The notes beneath the pieces are model-generated. The model made no database searches, had not been told where the DNA came from, and worked only from the letters and a program-made list of their open reading frames with translations. This document shows positions 26,602 to 37,325 of a stretch of 64,000 nucleotides of DNA, piece by piece. A program made the position numbers and the translations under genes. Positions within the stretch are counted from its first letter, which is position 1; each line of letters starts with the position of its first letter. Location: positions 11,570 to 75,569 of the forward strand of contig DATEDO010000028.1 of the NCBI GenBank assembly GCA_035281625.1. The letters run 5' to 3'. Origin of the DNA: Candidatus Methylomirabilota bacterium (GTDB lineage: Bacteria > Methylomirabilota > Methylomirabilia > Rokubacteriales > CSP1-6).

Positions 26602-27372
26602 ATGGCATCTGTCGGGGAAGGCCGGCTCGCCGGGAAGATCGCGATGGTGACCGGCGCGGCCAACGGCATCGGCCGGGCGAGCGCGCTGCGCCTGGCCCGC
26701 GAGGGCGCCGATCTCGTCGTGATCGACCGCGAGGCGGAGCCCTTGCGGGAGGCGGCGCGCGCCATCGAGGCGGCCGGCCGGCGGGCGCTGCCGATCGTGG
26801 CGGACTGGACCGATGCCGCCGCCGTCCGGGACGCCGTGGCGGCGGCTCGGGGGGCGGTCGGGCGCATCGACATCCTCTTCAACAACGTGGGTCAGAGCGC
26901 GCGCGAGCGCGCCAGCGAGTTCCATCTTTCAGTGGAAGACACGTGGCGGTTCGTCATCGAGGTCTCGCTCCTCACCACCATGCGCGCCACCCGCCTGGTC
27001 GTGGAGGAGATGCGTGCCCGCCGCAGCGGCCGCATCGTGAACATGTCCACGGAGTCCGCGTTCTACGGCGACGTGGGCTTCGTGGACTACGCGGCGGCCA
27101 AGATGGGGGTGGTCGGCTTCACCCGCTCGCTCGCCCGCGAGCTGGCCCCCTTTCACGTGAACGTCAACGCCGTCTGCCCCGGCGCCATCCGCACCCGCGC
27201 CCACGATCGGCTCCCCAAGGAGGTGATCGACAAGGTGCGGACCAGCGTGCCCATGGGGTACGTGGCGGAGCCGGAGGACGTGGCGGGTGTGGTCGCGTTC
27301 CTGGCCAGCGACGACGCGCGCTACATCACCGGACAGTCGATCCTGATCGACGGCGGCCGGTGGATGATCTGA
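26602..27372 (+). CDS. Short-chain dehydrogenase/reductase (SDR)
   Basis: Track ORF 25822-27372 trimmed to ATG 26602. TGAANGIG, NNVG and YxxxK (YAAAK) motifs. Confidence 0.9.
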   Translation: MASVGEGRLAGKIAMVTGAANGIGRASALRLAREGADLVVIDREAEPLREAARAIEAAGRRALPIVADWTDAAAVRDAVAAARGAVGRIDILFNNVGQSARERASEFHLSVEDTWRFVIEVSLLTTMRATRLVVEEMRARRSGRIVNMSTESAFYGDVGFVDYAAAKMGVVGFTRSLARELAPFHVNVNAVCPGAIRTRAHDRLPKEVIDKVRTSVPMGYVAEPEDVAGVVAFLASDDARYITGQSILIDGGRWMI

Positions 27373-27411
27373 CCCGCCGGCCCCTCAGTGGCCCAGACTC
27401 AGTGGCCGGGC

Positions 27412-28155
27412 TCAGTGGAAGGTCCGCCCGCCGTCGACGGCGAGCGCGGCGCCGGTGACGAAGGAGGACTCGTCGCTGGTGAGATAGAGGGCGGCCTGGG
27501 CGATCTCCTCCGGCTGGCCCGGGCGCTTGATCACGTAGCGGTCGAGAATGCGCGCCAGCTCGGCGTCGGGGTCGGCGGCGCCTTCCCATGACGAGCGGAA
27601 GAGGGGCGTGTCGATGATGCCCGGACAGATCGCATTGACCCGGATGCGGTACGGCGCCAGGTCCACGGCGAGCGTCTTGCCGAGCATGACGAGGCCGGCC
27701 TTGGCGGCGCAGTAGGCCGTCCGGCCTTCGAGCGGCCGCAGGGCGGCGCCGGACGCGATGTTCACGATGGTCCCATGGCCGGCCTGCTTCATCGCCGGCA
27801 CCGCGGCATGGCACACGAGCATGGGCCCGGTGAGGTCCACCGCCAGCACCCGGGCCCACTCCGCCGCCGTCATCTGCTCGAACGGGCGCATCAGATCGAT
27901 GCCGGCGCTGTTGACGACGCCGTCGAGCCCGCCCAGGGCGTCGGCGGCCCGGGCGACCGCGTCGCGCACCTGGGGCTCGTCGGCGACGTCGCACACGAGC
28001 GGCACCGCGCCGTCGATCGCCGTCTCCTTCAAGCGCGCCCCGTCCCGATCGAGCATCGCCACCCGAGCCCCTTCACGAAGAAACAGGTGGACGGTCGCGA
28101 GGCCGATGCCGGACGCGGCCCCGGTGACGAGTACCCGCCGCCCGGCGAGTCTCAT
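27412..28155 (-). CDS. Short-chain dehydrogenase/reductase (SDR)
   Basis: TGAASGIG, NSAG and YCAAK motifs. Confidence 0.9.
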   Translation of the reverse strand: MRLAGRRVLVTGAASGIGLATVHLFLREGARVAMLDRDGARLKETAIDGAVPLVCDVADEPQVRDAVARAADALGGLDGVVNSAGIDLMRPFEQMTAAEWARVLAVDLTGPMLVCHAAVPAMKQAGHGTIVNIASGAALRPLEGRTAYCAAKAGLVMLGKTLAVDLAPYRIRVNAICPGIIDTPLFRSSWEGAADPDAELARILDRYVIKRPGQPEEIAQAALYLTSDESSFVTGAALAVDGGRTFH

Positions 28156-28985
28156 CGGCCGGGCGCGCGGGCCTCCGCGCGCAGGGCCGGGCGGAGCGCG
28201 TCGGCGACCTCGTCACAGCGGGCCATCCACACCCGCGGATGGCCGAGGATGTGCTGGATCAGCTCCTCGAGGAGCGTGATGCGCGACGGGCGGCCGATGA
28301 TCTGGGGATGCATGGCGAGGCAGAAGTAGCGGTCCTCGCGATAGAGGACGTCGAACTCCCGCCGCCAGGCCTCGAAGACCGCGGACGGCGCCTGCATGGT
28401 GCGCCCGGGAAGCGTGATCGAGTACTGGAAGAACGGGGCATCGTCGAGCACCCATGCGAAGGGGAACTCCACGATGTCGGTGACCCGGCCGTCGATCGTG
28501 TGGAGATAAGGGGAGTCGTCGTCGAAATAGTTCGACGAGTAGCCGAACCCATACTCCGCGAGCATCTTCAGGGTGTGTGGGCTGAACTCTGCCGCCGGCG
28601 AGCGGTAGCCCGCCGGCCTCCGGCCGGTCATGCGCTGGATGATGTCGATTCCCCTGTCCATCTCCTCTCGCTCCTGCTCGAGCGTGAGGTTCACGATCCA
28701 GGCGTGCGACCACGAGTGATGCGCGATCTCGTGGCCCTGCTTGAGGATCTCCTCGACCATCGCGGGCCGCTGCTCCATGACGAGCCCGGGCACGAAGAAC
28801 GTGACCTTGAGGCCGTAGCGGCCGAGCAGGTCCAGGATGCGCGGCATGCCCGTCTTCCACCCGTAGGCGCCCTGGCTCATCACGATGGGGCGCTCGGCGT
28901 TCTTGGGGTCGCGCGCCGTCCACATGGTCTCCGCGTCGATGTCGAAGGTGAGGAGCACCGGGAATCCGTTGGGTGAGAGCGGCAT
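28152..28985 (-). CDS. Polysaccharide deacetylase (NodB-homology) family protein
   Basis: Track ORF 28152-29891 trimmed to ATG 28983-28985, which follows GGAGG. TFDIDAE and HSWSH metal-binding motifs. Confidence 0.85.
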   Translation of the reverse strand: MPLSPNGFPVLLTFDIDAETMWTARDPKNAERPIVMSQGAYGWKTGMPRILDLLGRYGLKVTFFVPGLVMEQRPAMVEEILKQGHEIAHHSWSHAWIVNLTLEQEREEMDRGIDIIQRMTGRRPAGYRSPAAEFSPHTLKMLAEYGFGYSSNYFDDDSPYLHTIDGRVTDIVEFPFAWVLDDAPFFQYSITLPGRTMQAPSAVFEAWRREFDVLYREDRYFCLAMHPQIIGRPSRITLLEELIQHILGHPRVWMARCDEVADALRPALRAEARAPGR

Positions 28986-29007
28986 GGGGCGCCTCCGGAG
29001 CGCGGGG

Positions 29008-30405
29008 TCAGAGGAGGGGCATCGGGCGCGCGCACGGGCGCTCGCGCTCGAGGTGCTCGGCGAGCGCGAGCACGCGGCGATCGGCGTACCAGGGACCGAC
29101 GATCTGGAGCCCGATGGGCAGGCCATCCGAGGACCACCCGCACGGCAGCGAGATCGCCGGATGGCCGGAGAGGTTGAAGGGCCACAAGTACGGATACCAG
29201 GCGCCGCGGATCGAGCCGGCCGGCTCCCCGCCGATCGAGATCGGCGCGAAGGCATCGTGATCGACGGCGAGCGCCGGGCGCGAAATGGTCGGCGACACGA
29301 GCACGTCGAAGCGCTGGAAGAGGGCGTGGACCCGGCGGTAGAGGGCCGTTCGCTGGCCGGCGGCCCTCGCCCAATCGACGGCGGACCACCGCGCGCCGCC
29401 CTCGACCGTCTGCTTGAGGCTCGGCGCCACCTTGTCGCCGAACTTCGCCATATGCGGGCCGACGCGCCCGGCCAGCCCGCCCTGGAGGACCACGAGGAAG
29501 GCCTCTTCGAGCGCGGCGAAGTCCTCCTCGACCATCTCCACCCGAGCGCCCCGGCTCTCGAGATGGCGCACCGCCGCTTCGCAGGCGGCGAGCACCTCGC
29601 CGTCGACGAGCCGGTTGCCCACCCGGGGAAGCCACCCGACCCGCAAGCCCCGCACCTCGATGCCGCGGGGATCGTCCGCCGGCTCCGGACGCGAGTAGGG
29701 ATCCGCGGCATCGAAGCCCACGACCACGTCGAAGCACGCGGCGACCTCGGCGACCGTGCGCGCCATGGGTCCGATATAGGACGTGCTCGAGAAGAGATCG
29801 GCCTGATGGATGTGCGGGACGCGGCCGAGCGTCGGCTTGAGCCCGACGACGCCGCAGCACGCGGCCGGGATGCGGATGGAGCCGCCGCCATCGGTGCCGA
29901 GCGCCAGCGGGCCCTGGCCGGTGGCGACCGCCGCCGCCGCGCCGCCCGACGAGCCGCCCGCCGTGCGCGAGAGTTCCCACGGGTTCCGCGTGGCGCCGAA
30001 CAGCGGGCTGTCGGTCAGCGGCTTGTGGCCGAACTCGGGCGTCGTCGTCTTGCCGATCAGGATGGCGCCGGCCTCCCGCAGCCGGCGAACGGGCACCGCG
30101 TCTTCGGCCGGCACCTGATCGGCGAAGATGAACGAGCCCATCGTCGTCCGGGTGCCCTTGGTGAAGAGCAGATCCTTCACCGAGAACGGCACGCCGTGGA
30201 GCGGGCCGAGCTCTTCTCCTGCCATGACTGCCGTCTCGGCGCGGCGGGCCGCGTCCCGGGCCTCGTCGGCGGTCACGGTGATGAAGGCGTTCACGGTCGG
30301 CTGGAGCGCCTCGATGCGCCGCAGCACGGCATCGACCACCGCGACGGGTGAGATGGCCTTGGTGCGGATCTGCCGGGCGAGGGCGAGCGCATCGGGCTCG
30401 ATCAT
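29008..30405 (-). CDS. Amidase (amidase-signature family)
   Basis: [12 protein letters not shown]...[16 protein letters not shown] signature. Confidence 0.9.
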   Translation of the reverse strand: MIEPDALALARQIRTKAISPVAVVDAVLRRIEALQPTVNAFITVTADEARDAARRAETAVMAGEELGPLHGVPFSVKDLLFTKGTRTTMGSFIFADQVPAEDAVPVRRLREAGAILIGKTTTPEFGHKPLTDSPLFGATRNPWELSRTAGGSSGGAAAAVATGQGPLALGTDGGGSIRIPAACCGVVGLKPTLGRVPHIHQADLFSSTSYIGPMARTVAEVAACFDVVVGFDAADPYSRPEPADDPRGIEVRGLRVGWLPRVGNRLVDGEVLAACEAAVRHLESRGARVEMVEEDFAALEEAFLVVLQGGLAGRVGPHMAKFGDKVAPSLKQTVEGGARWSAVDWARAAGQRTALYRRVHALFQRFDVLVSPTISRPALAVDHDAFAPISIGGEPAGSIRGAWYPYLWPFNLSGHPAISLPCGWSSDGLPIGLQIVGPWYADRRVLALAEHLERERPCARPMPLL

Positions 30406-30434
30406 GGCCCCGTCAGTCTACCTCGCCGTGATGG

Positions 30435-32267
30435 TCAGCGGGCGGCGTCCGGGCGGCGCGACTTCTGCCGCGCCAGCTTCGACAGGAGGCGCGCGGACCG
30501 GCGGAACGTTCGCGGGAGGGATTCGTCCTTGACCAGGCGCGCGCCCTCCGCGCGATACTCCAGCACGAGCTTGCGGGTGTGAAAGGCCTCGAGCTCGGGC
30601 CGGTGGCCGACGCTGATGACGGTGGCGTCGGGCAGTCGCTCCAGCAGGAGCCGCATCAGCTGCTCCTGACTCGGGGGATCGAGCGCGGCGGTCGCCTCGT
30701 CCATGACGATGGTGTTGGGACGCTGGAGCAGCACCCGGGCAAAGGCCAGCCGCTGCTTTTCCCCGCCGGAGAGCCCGTGCTCCCACTTGTCGTCCTCGTC
30801 GAGCCGGTCGAGCAAGTGCCCGAGGCCCACTTCCTCGACGGTCTTGCGAACCGAGGTGTCGTCGACGTCATCGGGCGACAGCGGGTAGGTGACGGCCCGG
30901 CGCAGCGTGCCCAGCGGCACATAGGGCGCCTGCGGCATGAAGAACAGGCCGTCGGGCGCGATGTCGATCTCGCCGCTGCCCCAGGGCCAGAGGCCGGCGA
31001 TCGCCCGGACGAGCGTGCTCTTGCCCGTGCCGGATTCGCCCACCACGAGCACCTTCTCCCCGCGGCCGATCTCCACGTCGGCTTCGTTCACCACCGCGCT
31101 GCCATCGGCCAGCGTCACCGAGAGGTTCCGCAGGCGGAGCGCGCCCCCCTCGGCGGAATTGCGGACGACGCGGCCGGCGGCGCCCTCCTCTTCGGCCTGT
31201 TCCAGCCGGTCGAGGGACACGAGCAGCGAGGCCAGACGCGAGGCGGAGGCGGTCCAGTCGGCGATCCGCGGATAGTTCTCGACCAGCCAGCTGAAGGCGG
31301 CCTGCACGATCATGAACGCGGAGACGGCCTGCATGACCTGGCCGAGGCTCATCGTGCCCGCGACGTACTTGGGGGCGCAGAGGAGGATCGGGATCACCGG
31401 CGCGAGGCCGGCGCTCGACTGGAACACGACCGTCGTGCGCATGTACTGCCACATCAGATCCTTCCATCGCCTGCGGACGGTGCCAAACACCCCGTCCAGC
31501 CCGGCGCGCTCCTCCTGCTCGCCGCCCAGCAGCGCGATGCTCTCGCCGTTCTCCCGGAGGCGGGTGAGCACGTAGCGATAGCTCGCCTCCTCCTGGTTCT
31601 TGTTCTCGGAGGCCCGGATGAAGCCGCGGGCGATCAAGAGCATGGAGCCGCTGGCGAGCACGGCATACACGATGGCCCCCACCACCAGGAAGCCGGGGAT
31701 GCGGAGCCTCGCGCCGCCGAGGGGGAGGACGAGGTCGCCGCCGATGTGCCACAGCACGCCGATGAAGACGATCGCGGAGCCGACCGCCGAGAAGATGCCG
31801 ATCGCGAAGTCGGCCGGGGCGTCGACGCTCAGCCGGAGGTCCTCGGCCGCGCGGAACTCCGGATTGCTGTGATCGCCCGGCACGAGGTTGAGCTGATAGT
31901 AGCGGCCGCCGGTGAGCCACTGATCCAGCACGTGCCCGTTCAGCCACGTCCGCCACCGGCGCTGGATGGTCATCTTCGCGTACGTGAGCGCCGCGGCCAC
32001 GCCCACGATCGCGCCGATCAGCGGGAAGAACACCAGGGCCTGGTGCAGCGCCCGGCCGCCGTCGCGGCCGTCGAGGGCATCGAACATGCCCCGATGCCAG
32101 AGGTTCAGCTGGTATTGCAGGGCGAGATTCGCGAGCAAGATCGCCACGACCAGGACGGTCAGTGGCCAGGCGGCGCGGTCGCCGCTCCTGCGCCAGAAGC
32201 CCAGCGCCGAGTCCCAGAAGCGTGCGAGCAGGTACTGCCGGCTCTGCTGCTCTTCCTCGGGAATCAT
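30435..32267 (-). CDS. Fused ABC transporter, SbmA/BacA-type membrane domain plus ATPase (YddA-like)
   Basis: N-terminal membrane domain followed by Walker A GESGTGKST, signature LSGGEKQRLAFARVL and Walker B IVMDEA. Confidence 0.85.
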   Translation of the reverse strand: MIPEEEQQSRQYLLARFWDSALGFWRRSGDRAAWPLTVLVVAILLANLALQYQLNLWHRGMFDALDGRDGGRALHQALVFFPLIGAIVGVAAALTYAKMTIQRRWRTWLNGHVLDQWLTGGRYYQLNLVPGDHSNPEFRAAEDLRLSVDAPADFAIGIFSAVGSAIVFIGVLWHIGGDLVLPLGGARLRIPGFLVVGAIVYAVLASGSMLLIARGFIRASENKNQEEASYRYVLTRLRENGESIALLGGEQEERAGLDGVFGTVRRRWKDLMWQYMRTTVVFQSSAGLAPVIPILLCAPKYVAGTMSLGQVMQAVSAFMIVQAAFSWLVENYPRIADWTASASRLASLLVSLDRLEQAEEEGAAGRVVRNSAEGGALRLRNLSVTLADGSAVVNEADVEIGRGEKVLVVGESGTGKSTLVRAIAGLWPWGSGEIDIAPDGLFFMPQAPYVPLGTLRRAVTYPLSPDDVDDTSVRKTVEEVGLGHLLDRLDEDDKWEHGLSGGEKQRLAFARVLLQRPNTIVMDEATAALDPPSQEQLMRLLLERLPDATVISVGHRPELEAFHTRKLVLEYRAEGARLVKDESLPRTFRRSARLLSKLARQKSRRPDAAR

Positions 32268-32409
32268 AGTCGTGGATAGTGTGCTCGCAGGCTCCCTTCC
32301 CGGCCAGTGACTGCATTAACGATGCCGTCGCGGTTCCCCCGGCGCCGGCCTCGCGGCGTCGAATCTGGGCTAGGATGTCCCGCAGACCGCCACGCCAAGG
32401 AGGCCCCCC

Positions 32410-33018
32410 ATGGACGGAAGGACCCTGCAGGACTCGGTCATCGCCCCCAACGACAACTGGTCGGGCGTGCTGACGCCCGGACAAACCCTCCGGATCGTCG
32501 ATCTCGAGGGGAAGCAGGCCGTCGACTTCCTCTGCTACAACGCCGACGATCCCGCCGATCGCTACAACGCGGCAGACACCATGAAGTACAACAAGAACGT
32601 CTATCTGGGGGCGGGCCACGGCATCTACTCGGTGCGCGCGACCAAGCTCTTCACGATCGTGGCCGACACGATGGGGGGCGGGCACGACACCATCGGCGGC
32701 TGCTGCAGCGCCGCGAGCAACCTCTTCCGCTACAACGTGCCGGACACGCCGAGCTGCTACGCGAACTTCCTCCGCGCGCTCAGCCGCCACGGCCTGGGCG
32801 AGAGGGACATCGTCGCCAACATCAACTTCTTCATGAACGTGCCCGTGGAGCCGGACGGCTCCATGGGCATCGTGGACGGCCGCTCGAAGCCGGGCGACTA
32901 CGTCGAGCTGCGTGCGGAGTCGCGCGTGCTCGCGGTCGTGTCGAATTGCCCGCAGACGCGCAACCCCTGCAACGGGTTCAACCCGACGCCGATCCGGGTG
33001 GTGGTGGCGTCGCCCTGA
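32410..33018 (+). CDS. DUF1989 (urea carboxylase-associated) family protein
   Basis: The sequence pattern GQTLRIVDLEGKQAVDFLCYNADDP...GDYVELRAE matches my memory of DUF1989/UAAP proteins. Confidence 0.75.
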   Translation: MDGRTLQDSVIAPNDNWSGVLTPGQTLRIVDLEGKQAVDFLCYNADDPADRYNAADTMKYNKNVYLGAGHGIYSVRATKLFTIVADTMGGGHDTIGGCCSAASNLFRYNVPDTPSCYANFLRALSRHGLGERDIVANINFFMNVPVEPDGSMGIVDGRSKPGDYVELRAESRVLAVVSNCPQTRNPCNGFNPTPIRVVVASP

Positions 33019-33025
33019 CGCCCGC

Positions 33026-33502
33026 CTACTTCTTCGCTTTCGGCGCTACCATCACCACCGGACAGGGGGCGTGCTCGCTCACGTGCTTGGCGGTGCCGCC
33101 GAGCGCGATGTCGAGAAAGCCGCGCTTGCTGTGGCTGCCGATGACGATGAGGTCCGCCTCCAGCTCCTGCGCGACGTCGATGATCAGGTGGCGCGGGCTG
33201 CCGATCCGTATGAGCCGGTTGACGGCGATGCCCTGGCTCGTCAGGGCGCCGACGTAATCGTCCATTTTCTCGGTCACGTCCCGCTCGGTCTGATCGACTT
33301 GCTGCTCGCGGAGCTTGGCCGCCATGTCGGAGGGGACGGTGGACGGGATCCGGACGGCGGGCTCGTTCTCGTACGCGGTCAGCACGTGCAGCCGCTCGGC
33401 GTGGCGGGCCAGGGTGGCCGCCACGTCGCGGGCGGCCAGGGCGTGGGCGCTATAGTGCTCCCAGTTCTGCAGGGCGGCGGCCAGCAGGATGTTCCGGTAC
33501 AT
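33026..33502 (-). CDS. Universal stress protein (UspA family)
   Basis: Track ORF trimmed to ATG 33500-33502, which follows GGGAGGA. C-terminal GSHSKRGFLDIALGGTAKHV motif. Confidence 0.8.
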   Translation of the reverse strand: MYRNILLAAALQNWEHYSAHALAARDVAATLARHAERLHVLTAYENEPAVRIPSTVPSDMAAKLREQQVDQTERDVTEKMDDYVGALTSQGIAVNRLIRIGSPRHLIIDVAQELEADLIVIGSHSKRGFLDIALGGTAKHVSEHAPCPVVMVAPKAKK

Positions 33503-33945
33503 GGTGTCCTCCCTTCCCCCTCGAGCATGGTGCGGGCCATGGCCGATTTCCACCGCGGCCCTCCGCGGCGGGGCCTATCCCCCCGCCCGGCGCAAGGCGT
33601 GTGCCAGCCGACCTCTCGAGGCGGTCGCCGGCGTGCAACTCCCTGCCGATTCCGCGAAGATGGCAGGGGCACCACCCCCGGCGAGGTGACCTGCCGCAGG
33701 CGCCGACGTGTAATCGATACGGGCGGGGGCTGGGCGCGAATAGGCAAGAGTTACGCGGAGCCTCCCCCCCGCGACGAATCCACGTGAACTATAGAGACTA
33801 TCGTGGCGCCGCCTCGAGCCCGTGCTTCTTCCGGGACCGAGCGCCCTTCCTTCGGCTAGGATACGGCGGTGCGCTCCCCGATCATTCGCGTCCGCACGTC
33901 GCTCGCACCCACGCCGCTGCTCGGGCCCGCGCTGACCGCCCCCGA

Positions 33946-34566
33946 GTGAAGACTCCGCCGCTGGGCGCCGGCCTGCTCGCGCTCCTCGTCACCCTCACGG
34001 GCTGCGCCGGGCTGCGCGGCGGGGTCGACGGAGCGTCGGCCGGCGTCTACCGGCTCCCCTACGAGGATGGCACTCGCGTTCGCGTCACCCGCGATCACCG
34101 GACGCATCAGCCGCCCGACCGCCTCGACCTCGTCGGGGCCGAGGCCCGGACGCACCGGATCGTGGCCGCCGCGAGGGGCATCGTCCGCTACGTCGTCGAC
34201 GAGTTCTCGGTGCGGCAGGACTCGCGCACCGCGCGAACGTGCGACAACAACTACATATGGGTGGAGCACCCGAACGGCGAGTGGACCAAGTACTCGCACG
34301 TCCGGCAAGATTCGGCGCGCGGCCGGGCCAGGCTCCAGCCCGGCGAGATGATCGAGGCCGGCCGATATCTGGGGGACGAGGGCGAGGTCGGCTGCGCGTC
34401 GGGCCGGCATCTCCACTTCGAGGTGGCGGTTCCCCGGGACCGCGGCGATCCGATCGTGCGCGCGGGCGGGTTCATCAAGGGGCGCAACCTCGTGCCGCGC
34501 TTCTGCGTGCCGGGCGAGGTGCTCGTCGCCGGCACCGTCCACGTGGCGGGGCCGTGCGAAGAGTAG
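33946..34566 (+). CDS. M23 family metallopeptidase lipoprotein
   Basis: In-frame GTG 33946. Lipobox LTGC. GRHLHFEV motif of M23 peptidases. Confidence 0.75.
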   Translation: MKTPPLGAGLLALLVTLTGCAGLRGGVDGASAGVYRLPYEDGTRVRVTRDHRTHQPPDRLDLVGAEARTHRIVAAARGIVRYVVDEFSVRQDSRTARTCDNNYIWVEHPNGEWTKYSHVRQDSARGRARLQPGEMIEAGRYLGDEGEVGCASGRHLHFEVAVPRDRGDPIVRAGGFIKGRNLVPRFCVPGEVLVAGTVHVAGPCEE

Positions 34567-34584
34567 CTCGGTAGCTCGTGCGGT

Positions 34585-35082
34585 GTGGAGGGATCGACCA
34601 TGACTCCCGGTCCGGCCGGCAAGCGGTATGGCATCGTGAGCCATGAGCAGCGGCGCTCGATGAGCGGGCTCGAGTTCGTGCGGGGGCTCGTCACCGGCGC
34701 GCTGCCCTTGAACAGCATGGCCGAGACGCTCGGCTACGACATCGTCGAGGCCGAGAACGGCCGCGTGGCCGTCATCGCCACGCCGACCGGGAGGCATCTG
34801 AATCCCGCCGGCGGCGTCCATGGGGGTCTGGCCGCGACGCTGCTCGACTCCTGCATGGGGCTCGCCGTGCACTCGACGCTCGAGGCGGGCTGGGACCAGA
34901 CGACGCTCGAGTTCAAGGTCTCGCTCCTGCGGCCGATCACGCCGCAGACGGGCCTGGTCCGCGCGGAAGGCCGCGTCATCAACCGCGGCCGGCGCGTGGG
35001 GACGGCGGAAGGGCGCGTGACCGACGCCGAGGGGCGCGTGCTCGCGCACGGCACCACCACCTGCCTGATCCTCGAGCCCTGA
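34585..35082 (+). CDS. PaaI-family hotdog thioesterase
   Basis: NPAGGVHGG motif and hotdog-length domain. The start may instead be ATG 34600. Confidence 0.85.
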   Translation: MEGSTMTPGPAGKRYGIVSHEQRRSMSGLEFVRGLVTGALPLNSMAETLGYDIVEAENGRVAVIATPTGRHLNPAGGVHGGLAATLLDSCMGLAVHSTLEAGWDQTTLEFKVSLLRPITPQTGLVRAEGRVINRGRRVGTAEGRVTDAEGRVLAHGTTTCLILEP

Positions 35083-35093
35083 GCGCGCCCGCC

Positions 35094-36368
35094 GTGGCCG
35101 GCGCGGCGGGCCAGGCCGACCGGGGGTGGCGGCGCTGGTCCATCGTCGGCGTGTCGACCGCCGTCAACGCGCTGGCCTGGGCCGCCCGCTCCACCTTCGC
35201 GCTCTTCTACGTCGCGATGCTCGAGGAGTTCGCGTGGGGCCGCGGGCCGACCGCGCTCGGCTACTCGCTGAGCTGGCTCGGGTTCGTCGCCTTCGCGCCG
35301 GTGGCCGGGTGGCTCTCCGACCGCTGGGGCACGCGCGTGGTCGTGATCGGCGGCGGGGTGATCCTCGGACTGGCGCTCGCGCTCACGGGGCAGGTGACGT
35401 CGCTGGCCCAGTACTATCTGGCCTTCGGTCTGCTCGGTGCCGCCGGCATCGCCGGAATGCTGATCCCATCGACGACGATCGTGACGCGGTGGTTCGTGCG
35501 GTCGCGGGGCACGGCGATGGGCGTGCTGAGCGCGGGTGGGCCGGGCAGCGCGGTGATCTTCTACCCCGTGGTCGCGTGGCTGATCGCGACGCTCGGCTGG
35601 CGCCAGGCCCTGGTGGCGTTCGGTGGCATCGTCGCCGCCGCGACGGTGGCGCTGGCGTTCGTCTATCGCGAGCCGGCCGAGCCGGAACCGCGGCCGACCG
35701 GACCGGCGCCCGCGCGTGCTGCCGCGCCGCCGCCGCCCGGCCCCGCGTGGACGCTGCGCCGCGCGCTCGGAAGCCTGCGGCTCTGGGCCGCCTTCGTCAT
35801 GACCGCGCTCGGCGTCATCGGCTTCCAGATCATGGCGACGCATCAGGTCGCGCACGCGGTCGACCGTGGCTTCGCGCCGAGCGCCGTGGTGTGGCTCTTC
35901 TCCTTCGGCGCCGCCTCCATGATGGCGGGCAATATCCTCGGCGGCTGGCTGTCGGATCGAGTGGGGCGCGGCTGGGTGTTCGTGCTGGGCACCGTGGTGG
36001 CGATACTCGGCATCGGCTGCCTCGCCATGGTGCGTGGCCCCGAGGACTTCTTCCTTCTCGCGCTCTACACGGTCTCGGGATTCGGCTTCGGGATGCGCAT
36101 CGCCCAGCTCGCCGCGATCCCCGCCGACGCATTCGCTGGGCCGCGCCTGGGCGCCATCCTCGGCGTGGTGCAGGGGGGCGGCGGGCTCGGCGGCGCGATC
36201 GGCCCCTCTCTCGGCGGGTGGCTGTTCGACGTCACCGGGAGCTACACGCTGGCATTCGCGGCTGCCTGCGTCGCGGTGGCGGGCTCGGCGGTGGCGGCGT
36301 GGGTGGCGGCGCGGCCCGCGGCCGGGTCCGCGATGGAACCGCCGTCCCGAGAGAGCCGCCGCGCGTAG
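35094..36368 (+). CDS. MFS transporter
   Basis: GTG start. About 12 hydrophobic helices. MFS loop motif GWLSDRWGTR. Confidence 0.85.
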   Translation: MAGAAGQADRGWRRWSIVGVSTAVNALAWAARSTFALFYVAMLEEFAWGRGPTALGYSLSWLGFVAFAPVAGWLSDRWGTRVVVIGGGVILGLALALTGQVTSLAQYYLAFGLLGAAGIAGMLIPSTTIVTRWFVRSRGTAMGVLSAGGPGSAVIFYPVVAWLIATLGWRQALVAFGGIVAAATVALAFVYREPAEPEPRPTGPAPARAAAPPPPGPAWTLRRALGSLRLWAAFVMTALGVIGFQIMATHQVAHAVDRGFAPSAVVWLFSFGAASMMAGNILGGWLSDRVGRGWVFVLGTVVAILGIGCLAMVRGPEDFFLLALYTVSGFGFGMRIAQLAAIPADAFAGPRLGAILGVVQGGGGLGGAIGPSLGGWLFDVTGSYTLAFAAACVAVAGSAVAAWVAARPAAGSAMEPPSRESRRA

Positions 36369-36416
36369 TCTGTCCGCGCGTGAGAGAATGGGCGCCACCA
36401 CCCGGGAGGATGCCCC

Positions 36417-37325
36417 ATGGCCCGCGCCCTGACGGATCTCGACATCCATCGTCTCTCCCCCGCCCTCGGCGCCGAGATCGTCGGCCTCGACCTCGCGCAG
36501 CCGCTCGATGCCGCGACCATCGCGCGCGTGCGCGAGGCCTTCCAGGCGCACCACATGCTCTGCTTCCGCGACCAGCACCTGACCGATGCGCAGCTCATGG
36601 CGTTCTCCCTCCAGTTCGGGCCACTCGAGGCCTTTCCCGAGAAGGACAAGACGAAGGGCACGATCGAGGTCTACAACGTCGCGAACGTCTCGCCCGAGGG
36701 CGAGCACCTGGCCGCGGAGGACCCGCGCGTCATCTTCCAGCGCAACAACGCGCGCTGGCACACCGACAGCTCCTACCGCTTCGAGCCGTCGCTCGCGTCC
36801 ATCCTCTACGGCATCGAGGTGCTGCCGGAGGGGGCCGAGGGCGGGGAGACGGGGTTCGCGAACATGCTGCAGGCCTACGAGGCGCTACCGGAGGATATGA
36901 AGCGCCGACTCGAGCCGCTTCACCAGGTGCACAGCTACGAGGGCATCCGGCGGCTCGAGCCCACGATGCCGCCGACCTCGCCCCTCGAGCGCGAGGCCTT
37001 CCCGCCGGTGACACATCCGCTGATCCGCGTGCATCCCGACCGGGACGGCCGCCGGTCGCTCTACTTCACCTGCAACACCGCACGCGAGATCGGCGGCGGC
37101 ACGCTGGAGGAAGGCCAGACGCTTCACGAGTGGCTGCGCGCGTGGGCGGACCAGGCGCGCTTCTGCTACTACCACCGCTGGCGCCTCTACGACCTGGTCA
37201 TGTGGGACAACCGTGTGCTGCTGCACCGGGCCATCCCCTACGACTACGCGAAGTACCGCCGGGTGCTGCGGCGAACGACGGTGGCCGGGAAGGGGCCGGT
37301 CGTGGGACCCTTCTCGGCACGCTGA
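36417..37325 (+). CDS. TauD/TfdA family Fe(II)/2-oxoglutarate dioxygenase
   Basis: WHTDSSY (HxD) and a distal His in the WDNRVLLHRA context. Confidence 0.9.
   Translation: MARALTDLDIHRLSPALGAEIVGLDLAQPLDAATIARVREAFQAHHMLCFRDQHLTDAQLMAFSLQFGPLEAFPEKDKTKGTIEVYNVANVSPEGEHLAAEDPRVIFQRNNARWHTDSSYRFEPSLASILYGIEVLPEGAEGGETGFANMLQAYEALPEDMKRRLEPLHQVHSYEGIRRLEPTMPPTSPLEREAFPPVTHPLIRVHPDRDGRRSLYFTCNTAREIGGGTLEEGQTLHEWLRAWADQARFCYYHRWRLYDLVMWDNRVLLHRAIPYDYAKYRRVLRRTTVAGKGPVVGPFSAR

Noticed and set aside
33503-33945. 443-bp intergenic region as a candidate ncRNA, tRNA or small-ORF locus
   Set aside because: Only short hairpins (CCGCGG-CCCT-CCGCGG, CTGCC...GGCAG) and a CCACG...CGTGG repeat around ACTATAGAGACTAT were seen. 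I saw no tRNA-like T-arm and no convincing coding frame.
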